The position numbers and the translations under genes were made by a program. The notes beneath the pieces are model-generated. The model was not told the DNA's origin. It saw only the letters and a program-made list of their open reading frames with translations, and ran no database searches. Shown here piece by piece: positions 25,712-34,849 of a stretch of 64,000 nucleotides of DNA. This DNA is from Steroidobacteraceae bacterium (GTDB taxonomy: Bacteria > Pseudomonadota > Gammaproteobacteria > Steroidobacterales > Steroidobacteraceae): NCBI GenBank assembly GCA_036393055.1, contig DASVWT010000308.1, forward strand, positions 5,657 to 69,656, given 5' to 3'. Position 1 is the stretch's first letter. Every line of letters starts with the position of its first letter.

Positions 25712-28073
25712 TCAAAACTGGTAATTCGCCCGCAGGTCCCACATGCCCGGCGTGTTGAAGTAATCGAAGCCCAGCAGGTCGGCCGTTCCGTAGTCGACCA
25801 TCGTGCAGTTCCGACACTCCAGCGTCACCGTCAACGGAGTCCTCGCCATCGCCCAGGTGACGCTGGCATCGAGGAGCGTTCGCGCCTTCGTCTCACCCCC
25901 GACGTCGGGGTAGGAGGCCGAGAAGCCGGCGGTGTTCGCGGTATCGAACCATTCCTTCGCCACGTAGTGGACGCCCAGATACGGCGTGATCGAGAAGCTT
26001 TCGAATCCGAGGGTGTACCGCGCGCCCAGCGTGAGATCGATGGGCGGCGTGTAGACGGGCGTCGCGAGACTCCCATCCGCCTTCACGATACCCGAGTCGC
26101 AGGATGCCGGATCGCCGGCGCGACAGGCTGCCTGCTGCGCCAGGATGAGCTGGCTCTGAGCGTAATAGCCGGCTTTCATCGAGCTCAGGTTGCCGCTGAT
26201 GGTCAGCGGATCGATCGGCCGCCATTCGAGGTCGGCCTCGAGACCATAGGCGTAGAGGCTCGCCGCATTGCTGGTATCGAACGAGCGGGTGTGCGGATTA
26301 TCCGAGAGTAACTGATAGTCCTTGACGTCCTCGTAGAAGACGGTTGCGTTGAGGCGCAGTCGCGGCGTCGGCGTGGAGCGCAAGCCGGCTTCATAGGACC
26401 ACATCGTCTCCGGGCCGAAATTGTTGAAGTCGACCGGATTGGTGCCGGTGAGTCCGTTCCAGCCGCCGCCCTGGAATCCCCTCGTTGCGGAAACATAGGC
26501 CATGAGCTGCGGATCGAACTGGTACTGCAGCGATACGTGCGGCGTGAACTGGTTGGTCTTCAGGTGCGTCGGGTAACCCGCCGCCTGGATCTGCGCTGTG
26601 TCATAGCCGAGACCCGGCGCGTTGGGGTTCGCCACCACATTCTTCGTCTCGTCCGTGAATCGTGCCCCGACGGTCGCCGTGAAAGCCGAGGTGACCTTGT
26701 AGTCGCCCTGCGCATAGAGCGCGGCCGAGGTCGTGTCGTTGGTGAAGAACTGGTCGTTGAGCGTCAATGCAAAAGTGGGCGCGAGGCCCAGCACCTGGCC
26801 GTAATCGTTGTTGTTCGTCTCGTATAGATAGAACGCGCCGGCCGTGTAGTTGAAGCGATCGCCCACCTTCTCGGTCCACTTCACCTCCTGCGAGACCTGG
26901 TGATTGGCCAGATCCTGGGCGAGCGTGATCTCTCCGGTCGGCACCGCATCCGCCGTGGGCAGAGGACCCAGCACCGCGGCGGGGAAATCCGCCCCCAGGT
27001 CCTGATGCAGCCGCCGGTATCCGGTGATGAGGTTCAACGTGCCGCCGCCGAGATCCAGGGCGATGTTCGAGGAGACGCCGTAGCTCGTGACGATCGCCCC
27101 CTGGCCGAACCCCGACTTGAAGCCGGTCAGGTAGGGCCGGAGCGCGCCGCCTATCTTGTCGAGGCCGCTGTAGGAGATGCGCTCGCCATTGGGACCCGGC
27201 TGATTGAGTATGTTCGCGTTGTTGTTGCGCTCATAGTCGAAGGCCAGGTCCCAGCGCAGGTTGGACATCGCGCTCGGAAGCAGCGCAAGGGCCTCGGCGG
27301 ATGCCGAAGTTGTTGGTTCCGTTGAGCCGCTGGCCCGTGGTGACGTCGTGCACGTAGCCGTTGCCGGTGATCCCGTAGACGGACGTGCGGGTGAGGATCT
27401 GGTCGCTGATGGGCAGATCCACGGCTGCGCGCGCCAGATACTGGTAGCCGCCGGACTCGCCGTACTGGCCATAGCTCACCTCGGCATCGCCGCCGAACTT
27501 CGTGCCCGCCTTCTTGAGGGTCACCAGGATCGCGCCGCCGGTGGAGTTGCGGCCGAAGAGCGTGCCCTGCGGCCCGTTGAGCACCTGCAACTGCTGCACG
27601 CCGAACAGCGCAAAGTTGTTGGCGTTCTGGCGCGCGATGTAGATGTCGTCGATGTAGGTGCTGACCTGGGGCTCGAAGGTCGGGAAGGACTGTGTCTGGC
27701 CGAGGCCGCGGATGTAGTACACGTTGGCCGAACCCTGGCCGACGTTGTTCGCGGCGAACATGTTTGGCACGTACCGCTCGAGGTCCTGCGTGGAGGTGAT
27801 CTGCCGCGTGGCGAGCTGATCAGAGGTGAAAGCGGTGACCGCGACGGGCACGTTCTGCAGGTTCTGCTCGCGCCGCTGGGCCGTGACCGTAATGGTCTCC
27901 AGCGTGCCGGCCGTCTGCACCGGCTGCGACGCGTTGCCCTGATCACCGGTGCCCGTGCTCTGATCGGCGGCGGCTGCGCCGGACGGCGCCGCGGCCACCG
28001 CTGCCGCCGGCAAGGCCAGTGCGCCCGCAACGGCCGCGATTGCCGCGAGGATCGGATTCGTGTGGATGCTCAT
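25712..28073 (-). pseudogene. TonB-dependent receptor interrupted by a 1-nt frameshift
   Basis: Two overlapping minus-strand ORFs: 27231..28073 (signal peptide plus plug) and 25712..27472 (barrel). Together they align end to end with the intact paralog at 32393-34717. The frames join at ..NNFGIR/EALALLP.., where the sequence reads TTCGGCATCCGC-C-GAGGCC (extra base within 27296-27300). Confidence 0.8.
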
Positions 28074-28186
28074 GCGGAATGTCCCCCGACGATCGCTTGA
28101 TATGTATTTAGTCTATAGCAAATAGATGCTGCGTGGAAACCCCGCCCCGACCGAAGCCCGCCCCCTGCCCTGCCGGGTCGGTGCGA

Positions 28187-28198
28187 ATGTCCGGACAA
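28187..28198. promoter_or_regulatory. palindromic operator copy ATGTCCGGACAA
   Basis: Match to the recurring 12-bp palindrome, 115 nt upstream of the receptor start (28073). A TG-extended TATAGA (minus strand, about 28113-28118) lies between it and the gene. Confidence 0.45.
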
Positions 28199-28236
28199 TT
28201 TGTATCCGCCGGGCCACAGGGGAGCGCTCGGACCGC

Positions 28237-28350
28237 TGCAAAGATGCCGGTGCGGATCAGCTCGTCGGTCTCGGCTGCGCCGAGATTCAGTCCATCGGGG
28301 ATCGCGCGGTATTCGCCCGACCGCCGCGGGACTCGCGATCGTCGAGGGGA
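28237..28350 (-). pseudogene. 3'-terminal remnant of a family-III CoA-transferase gene
   Basis: The minus strand reads ..VPRRSGEYRAIPDGLNLGAAETDELIRTGIFA, preceded by an in-frame TAG (28351-28353). The DNA at 28249-28330 is visibly similar to the 3' end of the CoA-transferase gene at 38311-38390. Confidence 0.6.
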
Positions 28351-28383
28351 CTAGCAGGCTTGGGGCCTCGAAATCCAGTCCGG

Positions 28384-28419
28384 CTCACCTCGCCCTCTCA
28401 GGGGGCGTGAGGCGGTGAG
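28384..28419 (-). terminator. imperfect GC-rich hairpin downstream of MFS gene
   Basis: CTCACCtCGCCC-tctca-GGGgGCGtgaggcGGTGAG, about 95 nt after the stop at 28512. No T-tract. Confidence 0.25.
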
Positions 28420-28511
28420 AGAACCAGCGGGCGGCGTTCCGCTGCGTCCAGGATGTCCTACGCTGTCTAAGGCGGCGAACTGCGGGCCACCGGCTGGTTT
28501 GCGTCCCGGCC

Positions 28512-29795
28512 TTAGTGCGCTTCCGCAGCCGTAAGACCTGCTCCGGCCGAGTCTCCCCCAGCCGCGGGATAGCGTCCGAGCAGCAGCAGCACTGCGCCCG
28601 TGGCGGCGAACATGAATATATCGGCTATGAGAATCGAGTCGTAGCTTCCCGTGCGGTCGCGCACCATTCCGTAGAGAATCGGCGAAATCGATGCTCCGAT
28701 GACGAAGGCCAGATAAAGGGTGCCGTAGATACGCCCGTAATGCGCCATCCCGAAATACTTGGCCGCGAGATACGCGATGATGTCGGACTCCGCTCCCACG
28801 GCGAACCCGAGCAGGAAGCCGGCGATCATGATCGAAGGTGCGTTGCCCGCCGTGCCGAGCAGCATCCAGCACGCAAGCGCCGTCACCAGCATTGCCGGAC
28901 ACGCTATCGCCGGCGCCCAGAGGTGGTCCATGAGAATTCCGGTCAGCAGCCGGGAAAAGAGAATGCCAAAGGCCGTCAGCGTGATCACGCTGGCGGACGC
29001 GCGGGCCGACAGCCCGTGCAGCTCGGCAATCTGCACGACGTTGATCTGCGCGCCAATATCGGCCAGAGAGATGGCCAGCACCGCAAACACCAGCACCCAG
29101 AACCGATAACCGCGGAGAGCCTGTACGAGAGTGATGCCGATCAGACGGCCGCGCGTATCGGCGACGCCCGCCGGATACTCTTCGGGCCGCGGGTCACGCA
29201 GCCAGAGCAGACCGACCGGTACCGCGATCAGCAGCGGAAGCAGCGCCGCCGCGGGAAATACCGCCTGCCACCGGGAGGTGGCGGACAACACGGTCTGAGC
29301 GACTTGCGGTACCGCCAGAGCGGCCGCACTGCTCCCCAGAAGCATGACGGCAAGCGCCAGACCGCGATTGCGCACGAACCACATGTTCACGGCGCGGCTG
29401 AAAATGAGGGGCGTCGAGCCGATGCTGACCACACCGAGAAGTGCCCACAAGGCGCAATACCCGCTCACGGAATTCGACAGGAAGTAGAACGACCCGAACG
29501 TGAGTCCGAAGGCCGTCATCGACCACAGCGCCACCGGCCGCACGCCGATTCGATCGCAGAGAGCGCCGAATACCGGCGCGAGCAACGCGGCGACTATCCC
29601 GAAGATGGAATATCCCATGCTGATGAGGGTGAAGTCCCACCCGGACTGGACGTGGATGGGCCCCATCACGATCGGCAGTACGTAGAAGGGGACCGGATAG
29701 GCGCCGCAGGCCACGCCGACGAAGCAGGCCGTGAGCGGCTTCCACCCTGCCCCGAACTCCAGGTAACCGCCGCCTTCGAGTCCAAACCTGCTCAC
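28512..29795 (-). CDS. MFS transporter (paralog of 47552-48829)
   Basis: ORF track 28512..29882 begins at a TTG inside the operator palindrome. The start is reassigned to GTG 29795, which overlaps the stop of a leader uORF (GTGA). Begins ..GWKPLTACFVGVACGAYPVPFYVLPIVMGP; multi-TM. Confidence 0.8.
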   Translation of the reverse strand: MSRFGLEGGGYLEFGAGWKPLTACFVGVACGAYPVPFYVLPIVMGPIHVQSGWDFTLISMGYSIFGIVAALLAPVFGALCDRIGVRPVALWSMTAFGLTFGSFYFLSNSVSGYCALWALLGVVSIGSTPLIFSRAVNMWFVRNRGLALAVMLLGSSAAALAVPQVAQTVLSATSRWQAVFPAAALLPLLIAVPVGLLWLRDPRPEEYPAGVADTRGRLIGITLVQALRGYRFWVLVFAVLAISLADIGAQINVVQIAELHGLSARASASVITLTAFGILFSRLLTGILMDHLWAPAIACPAMLVTALACWMLLGTAGNAPSIMIAGFLLGFAVGAESDIIAYLAAKYFGMAHYGRIYGTLYLAFVIGASISPILYGMVRDRTGSYDSILIADIFMFAATGAVLLLLGRYPAAGGDSAGAGLTAAEAH

Positions 29796-29821
29796 CAGCG
29801 CACCGCCGAGAGATTCACCAT
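29792..29821 (-). CDS. leader uORF (MVNLSAVRW, 9 codons)
   Basis: AGGAG (29830-29826), 4 nt, then ATG 29821. Reads ATGGTGAATCTCTCGGCGGTGCGCTGGTGA. Its TGA overlaps the GTG of the MFS gene by 4 nt. The same architecture occurs upstream of the paralogous MFS gene. Confidence 0.45.
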   Translation of the reverse strand: MVNLSAVRW

Positions 29822-29870
29822 TGGTCTCCTGCTTTCGCCGCCCGCAGTATCGAGCCGCGCCCCGGACAGC

Positions 29871-29910
29871 TTGTCCGGACAACTATTGGGGAGAATCGCA
29901 AGGCTGTCAA
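29871..29910 (-). promoter_or_regulatory. sigma70-like promoter with perfect palindromic operator TTGTCCGGACAA at the start site
   Basis: Minus strand: TTGACA (29910-29905), 17 nt, AATAGT (29887-29882), immediately followed by TTGTCCGGACAA (29882-29871). A half-site TGTCCGG repeats 3 nt further downstream. Confidence 0.55.
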
Positions 29911-29979
29911 GCGCATCCCCCGCGTCCGCCGATCCCCGGCGTGCGTTTGCCCGATTCTCCATCTTCGCCCATGCGAACG

Positions 29980-29999
29980 ATTCCAACTCCGGCGGGAAT
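29980..29999. promoter_or_regulatory. inverted repeat ATTCC-N10-GGAAT (candidate LysR-type binding site)
   Basis: ATTCCAACTCCGGCGGGAAT in the MFS/LysR divergent intergenic region. This is the dyad type expected for LTTR autoregulatory sites. Confidence 0.3.
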
Positions 30000-30106
30000 G
30001 TCGGACTCGATGGCGGGCCGCGCCGCCGCGCGCATTGGCTGGTCTGCCTTGGGTTCGGCCGGTGTCTCATCCAGGCACGGGCCATCGGGGTCCTTCTGGA
30101 CCGTTG

Positions 30107-30115
30107 TGCTATATA
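30107..30115 (+). promoter_or_regulatory. TG-extended -10 (TGcTATATA) 6 nt upstream of the LysR start codon
   Basis: TGCTATATA at 30107-30115; ATG at 30122. No room for an RBS, which implies a leaderless or near-leaderless transcript. Confidence 0.35.
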
Positions 30116-30121
30116 TACGTC

Positions 30122-31072
30122 ATGGATCTTCGACAGCTTCGCTACTTCCTGGCCGTTGCCGAGCTCGGCAGCTTCACCCGCGCCGCATCCGCGATCGGCC
30201 GCACCCAACAGGCGCTCAGCAAGGGAATCCAGGCGCTGGAGCACCAGCTCGGCGCGCGCCTGTTCGAGCGCGGGGTCCGCGAAGCGAGGTTGACGCCGGT
30301 CGGACGATTGCTGGTGGACCACGCGCGCGCCGCGGACGAGGCGGTACGCACTTTCGAAGAGCGCCTGGAAGAGCTGCAGACGGGCCGGGAGGGCGAAGTC
30401 AGGATAGGCACGAGTCCGACGACGTCCGGATACCTGGTGGCGCCCGCGGTTCTGGCGTTGCGCCGTATCTGGCCCCGAATCGGCGTCAAGGTCATCAGCG
30501 GCTTCCTGCCGGATCTGTTGTCCGCCCTGCTGGCTCGGGAGGTGGACGTCGTAGTGGCGATCCATATCCTGTCTGATCTGGAAAGCGGAACCGACTCGCG
30601 CATCCGCACCGAGACGCTGATGCACGACGTATGCTGGGTGGTCGCTAGCGCGCATCATCCGCTGGCCAGGCAGCGCAACATAACCCTGGCGCAATTGCAG
30701 AAATGCTCGTGGGTGCTGGGGAGCCGTCATGCCGCCGCACAGAACGCGTTCCGCGAGCGCTTCAGACGGGCCGGGCTGGAGCCGCCTCTGCAGCACACTG
30801 AATCGACGTCCCTCGGGTTCGTGCGGGTGCTCGTTCATGAGGCGGACTACCTCGCCTTGTTGCCCACGCGCCTGGCGCAAGCCGAGCTGGCTGCCAACCA
30901 ATGGGTCAAGCTGGATGTGCCGCAGCTCGAGTGGCGGCTTCCCATCGTGGCTTACACCAGGAGCGCCGAGCCCGAGGCAAACCCGGTGCAGCGCATGCTG
31001 CAGGAGCTTCGGCATGCGGCAGCACAGGCACTGAAGTCGACGGGTGAATCGAACGCCGCAGGCGTCGGGTAG
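30122..31072 (+). CDS. LysR-family transcriptional regulator
   Basis: ORF track 30035..31072, start trimmed to ATG 30122. MDLRQLRYFLAVAELGSFTRAASAIGRTQQALSKGIQALEHQLGARLFER; 316 aa. Confidence 0.9.
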   Translation: MDLRQLRYFLAVAELGSFTRAASAIGRTQQALSKGIQALEHQLGARLFERGVREARLTPVGRLLVDHARAADEAVRTFEERLEELQTGREGEVRIGTSPTTSGYLVAPAVLALRRIWPRIGVKVISGFLPDLLSALLAREVDVVVAIHILSDLESGTDSRIRTETLMHDVCWVVASAHHPLARQRNITLAQLQKCSWVLGSRHAAAQNAFRERFRRAGLEPPLQHTESTSLGFVRVLVHEADYLALLPTRLAQAELAANQWVKLDVPQLEWRLPIVAYTRSAEPEANPVQRMLQELRHAAAQALKSTGESNAAGVG

Positions 31073-31107
31073 ACCGGGGGCTCGGCCCTTCGTGCGGCAG
31101 TCCGGCA

Positions 31108-32325
31108 TCACACGCGCGGCTCGTTCTGCAGCATCGCGACGAGACTGCCGGTTGCCAGCAGTCCTACCGCCAGCCAGAGGCCTGCCCGGATTCCGCTCGG
31201 ACCGTCCGAGAGCGCACCGCTCGAGAGAGGGCCCACGCATTGCCCGAGGCCGAAGGCGACGATCAGCGTAGCGATCGTTACCGTCCAGGCGTTAGGATGC
31301 GTGACCCGGCGGGCGAATGCCACGACGGCGCTTCCGACGGAAAGAAAGGACCCGCCAAAGATTGCGGCCGACAGATAAGCGCCGCCGGGCGTGCTCCAGA
31401 CCAGGGGGATCGCCGCGCCGATCATGACGACGCCGATCGTCGCCGCAGCTCCCTTGCCCCCCTTCAGGCGCCCGAGAACGGGCCCCCAGAAAAACACGGC
31501 TGCGACGGATGCAAGACCCAGCATCGACCAGAAGAGCGAGATGTCCGCTGCGGAGAACCCCTCATCGCTGCGCAAGTAGGCGACGATGAAGGTCACGTAC
31601 GCGAAGTAGCCGGCACCGAAAAGCCCATAGGCCAGCAGATGGGGCGCCATCAGGCGTGGTGACCAGCTGCTTCCCAAGGCGGCCGGCGCCGAGGATGCGG
31701 GCTCGGGAGAGCGTCGAAGCACGCAACAGCCGAACACTGTCGCCCCCAGTCCCAATGCACCCAGCACCAGCCAGCCGCCGCGCCATCCGACGGCATCGAG
31801 CAACGGCGGCACGGCCACCGCGGACGCTACGATCCCCAGTCCCCCGCCGGAGAAGTAGATTCCAAGAAAGGTCGGCGCGCGGTTGGTTCCGCCCCCAGCC
31901 GCCGCGGCGGCAGTCAGTGCCGTCCCCGATATGAACGTGAAGGCGCCCGTCAGGCCTGCAATGAAACGCAGCATCAACAGCACCGAGTAGCGGCTGCCGA
32001 TTCCAGACGCCGCGATCGCGAGTGTACACAGCGCGAGTCCGATCGCGTAAAGCCGCTTGACTCCGGTCCACCTGCCGAGCGGGGCCGTCATCAGGGCCCC
32101 CGCCAGATAGCCGATGGCGATGGCGCTGCTCATCGCCCCGGACTGAGCGAAGTCCCAGCCGAGATCCGCGCGCATGGCGGGCAACAGCAGGCCGTACGCG
32201 GAGCGCGCAAGCCCCGAGGACACCGCAGGACCCATGGCCAGACCGACCACGACCCAGGTCGGAGTGAGCGCCGTCCGGGCCTCTGTCGGGATCGTTTCCG
32301 TCTCTGCACGGAACAGCATGGTCAA
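31108..32325 (-). CDS. MFS transporter (YbfB/YjiJ-like)
   Basis: 405-aa hydrophobic ORF (TTG 32325; ATG 32319 alternative). ..GLARSAYGLLLPAMRADLGWDFAQSGAMSSAIAIGYLAGAL.. Confidence 0.75.
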   Translation of the reverse strand: MTMLFRAETETIPTEARTALTPTWVVVGLAMGPAVSSGLARSAYGLLLPAMRADLGWDFAQSGAMSSAIAIGYLAGALMTAPLGRWTGVKRLYAIGLALCTLAIAASGIGSRYSVLLMLRFIAGLTGAFTFISGTALTAAAAAGGGTNRAPTFLGIYFSGGGLGIVASAVAVPPLLDAVGWRGGWLVLGALGLGATVFGCCVLRRSPEPASSAPAALGSSWSPRLMAPHLLAYGLFGAGYFAYVTFIVAYLRSDEGFSAADISLFWSMLGLASVAAVFFWGPVLGRLKGGKGAAATIGVVMIGAAIPLVWSTPGGAYLSAAIFGGSFLSVGSAVVAFARRVTHPNAWTVTIATLIVAFGLGQCVGPLSSGALSDGPSGIRAGLWLAVGLLATGSLVAMLQNEPRV

Positions 32326-32392
32326 CCTACGCCCCCCGGGTCAGGCCATGATCCAATGGAAGGGCGACCCGCGGACTTCGCTCGCGTCGCAC

Positions 32393-34717
32393 TCAGAAAG
32401 TGTAGTTCAGGCGCAGGTCCCACATTCCCGGAGCGTTGAAGTAATTCACTCCCAGCAAATCGACCGTTCCATAATCGACCATCGTGCAGTTCTTGCATTC
32501 GGCGGTAATGGTCAACGGCAGCCGGCTCGGTCCAAAGGTCACGCTGGCATTTACCACCGTGCGCGCTCTCGTGTAACCGCCGGCAGCCTGCGGCCATGGG
32601 GCGGCGGGACCCGGCGAGTTGGCCGTGGAGATCCATACTCTGGAGACTTGATTGATGCCGACATACGGGGTCACCGATAGTCCGCCGAAATGCATCGCGT
32701 ACGAGCCACTGATCGTCAAGTTGAATGGTGCGGAGTTCGACGGCTCCCCGAGCCTGCCGTCTGCTCGGACGATGCCGTTATCGCAGCTGCTGGCGATGCC
32801 CGCCACGCATCGGGCCTGCTGAGCGACGACCAGGGACGACGGGTCGTAGTAGCGAGCCTTGATGGTGCCCAGGTTCGCGGCCAATGTGAGCGATTCGGTC
32901 GGCCGCCATTCGACCTGCGCCTCCAGTCCGTAGCCGTACATGTCCGAGGCGTTGGTGGTGTCGAAGGAGTTCGTGTTCAGGTTGTCCGTTTCCAACTGAT
33001 AATTCTTGACGTCCTCGTAAAAGAGCGTCGCATTCACACGTAACCGCGGCGTCGGCGTCGAGCGCAGACCCAACTCGTAGGACCAAACGGTTTCCGGACC
33101 ATAGTTGTTGAAGTCCTGCGGATTGCTGCCGGTGAGCCCGTTCCAGCCGCCACCCTGGAAGCCCTTGGTGGCGGAGGCATACACCATGTATTGCGGATCG
33201 AACCGATATTGCAGGGCGGCGTGCGGTGTGAACTGCCTCGATTCCAGATGCGTCGGGTAGCCGGCGGCCTGGACCTGCGCCGTGTCGTAACCGAGTCCGG
33301 GCACATTGGCACGCGCCACCACGCTTCTGGTCTCGTCCGTGCCCCGCGCACCGAGCGTTGCCGTCAGGTGTGAAGTCACTTGGTAGTCTCCCTGAGCGTA
33401 GATGGCCGTCGATTTCGTGTCGTTATGGGTAAATTGATCGTTGAGCGGCACGGCAAAGTTGGGGGTGACGCCAAGTACCTGCCCGAAATCGTTGTCGCTG
33501 TCCTCGTGGAGGTAGAAAAGCCCGGCGGTGTAGTTGAGCCGCCCCCAGGCCGTGTCGTTCCACTTCACTTCCTGTGAAAACTGATGGTTATTGAGGTCCT
33601 GGGCCAGGGTGATCTCGCCCATCGGCAGGGCGTCGGCCGTCGGCAGGGGACCAAACGCGGCCACCTGGACGTCGATCGCGGCCTGCTGGTGCATGCCGCG
33701 GAATCCGGTAATGAAGTTGAGCGTCCCGGTTCCATGCCGCCACTGCAGATTCGACGCGACCCCGAATGTCTTGACGATGTCCGCCTGTCCGAAGCCGGCC
33801 TTGGCGCCCGTGAAGTACGGCTCGAGGGCGCCGCCGATTCTGCTGAACCCGCTGTAGGAGACGCGATCGCCGCCGGGACTCGGCTGATTCAGGAGGTTGC
33901 CGGCGGTGTCGTGCTCCAGATCCGCCGACACGTCCCAGCGGAGGCTCGGCATGCCCCTCGGCAGCAGGGTAACTGCCTCGCGAACCCCGTAGTTGTTGGT
34001 ACCGTTCAATCGCTCGCCCGTGGTCAGATCGCGGGCGTAGCCTGGGCTGGTGATGCCGTAGGCCGACGTTCTGGTCAGAAGCTGCTCGTTGATCGGCACG
34101 TCGACCGAGGCGTTGGCGCGATATTCGCTGCCGCCGGATTCTCCGAACTGACCGTAGCTCAGGCCTACCTCGCCGCCGAACTCCCGGCCCGGCTTGCGCA
34201 GGGTCACGAGCATCGCGCCGCCGGTGGAGTTTCGGCCGAAGAGGGTGCCCTGCGGACCGTTCAGCACCTGCAATTGCTGCACGCCGAACAGCGAGAAGTT
34301 GGTCGCGTTCTCCCGGGCTATGTAGATGTCGTCGACGTAGACGCCCACCTGAGGCTCGGTGGTGGGGAAGGAATTGGTCTGCCCCAGGGCACGGACGAAA
34401 TAGCTGTTCGACGAGCCCAGGCCGGTGGTGGTCGCGCCGATCATGTTCGGCACGTAGAACGCGATGTCCAGTGCCTCGGTGATCTGCCGGGGGGCGAGCT
34501 GGCTGCCGGAGATGCTCGTGACCGCGATCGGGACGTTCTGCAGATTCTGCGTCCGGCGCTGCGCGGTCACCGTCACCGTCTGCAGGATCACCGGCTCCGT
34601 GGGCGATGTGGCGGATTCCGCGGGCCGGGATGTCGAGTCGGACTGTGCCGCGCCCGAAGTGCATGCCCAGATGCCGGCGAACGCCGCGAGCCCTACCGAT
34701 GCGAGTTGCTTGTTCAT
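32393..34717 (-). CDS. TonB-dependent receptor (intact paralog of 25712-28073)
   Basis: ORF track 32393..34786, start trimmed to ATG 34717 (MNKQLASVGLAAFAGIWACTSGAAQ signal peptide). Plug LQTVTVTAQRR..QVLNGPQGTLFGRNSTGG. C-terminal ..GMWDLRLNYTF. Confidence 0.9.
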   Translation of the reverse strand: MNKQLASVGLAAFAGIWACTSGAAQSDSTSRPAESATSPTEPVILQTVTVTAQRRTQNLQNVPIAVTSISGSQLAPRQITEALDIAFYVPNMIGATTTGLGSSNSYFVRALGQTNSFPTTEPQVGVYVDDIYIARENATNFSLFGVQQLQVLNGPQGTLFGRNSTGGAMLVTLRKPGREFGGEVGLSYGQFGESGGSEYRANASVDVPINEQLLTRTSAYGITSPGYARDLTTGERLNGTNNYGVREAVTLLPRGMPSLRWDVSADLEHDTAGNLLNQPSPGGDRVSYSGFSRIGGALEPYFTGAKAGFGQADIVKTFGVASNLQWRHGTGTLNFITGFRGMHQQAAIDVQVAAFGPLPTADALPMGEITLAQDLNNHQFSQEVKWNDTAWGRLNYTAGLFYLHEDSDNDFGQVLGVTPNFAVPLNDQFTHNDTKSTAIYAQGDYQVTSHLTATLGARGTDETRSVVARANVPGLGYDTAQVQAAGYPTHLESRQFTPHAALQYRFDPQYMVYASATKGFQGGGWNGLTGSNPQDFNNYGPETVWSYELGLRSTPTPRLRVNATLFYEDVKNYQLETDNLNTNSFDTTNASDMYGYGLEAQVEWRPTESLTLAANLGTIKARYYDPSSLVVAQQARCVAGIASSCDNGIVRADGRLGEPSNSAPFNLTISGSYAMHFGGLSVTPYVGINQVSRVWISTANSPGPAAPWPQAAGGYTRARTVVNASVTFGPSRLPLTITAECKNCTMVDYGTVDLLGVNYFNAPGMWDLRLNYTF

Positions 34718-34849
34718 GAGCGCTTGAATCCCCCAGGCATGCCTAGCGTGTACAGGACCCGGATCGAGTGAAATTTTCAGCCGCAAATTCGCCCAGACGT
34801 TGCCGCGGGGTCTGATGCCCGTCCGTCGGCAAGCACGCCCGCCGCACCA

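Noticed and set aside
28126-28418. Plus-strand ORFs 28126-28410, 28133-28354 and 28200-28418 in the receptor/MFS intergenic region.
   Set aside because: They have no RBS and low-complexity translations. The region is better explained as a minus-strand CoA-transferase remnant plus a leader/terminator structure.
28512-29882. Track-defined starts of the two paralogous MFS ORFs (TTG 29882 and TTG 48925), both giving MSG.. N-termini.
   Set aside because: Both TTGs are simply the first bases of the palindromic operator at the predicted transcription start, so they would precede or coincide with the mRNA 5' end. The apparent MSG and QET conservation comes from the operator and RBS sequences. Downstream GTG or TTG starts overlapping the leader uORF stops are preferred.
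34748-34758. GTGTACAGGAC upstream of the intact TonB-dependent receptor, considered as an eighth operator copy.
   Set aside because: The arm spacing and central bases differ from the consensus (TGT-ACAG-GAC versus TGT-CCGG-ACA). There are too many mismatches to distinguish it from chance.
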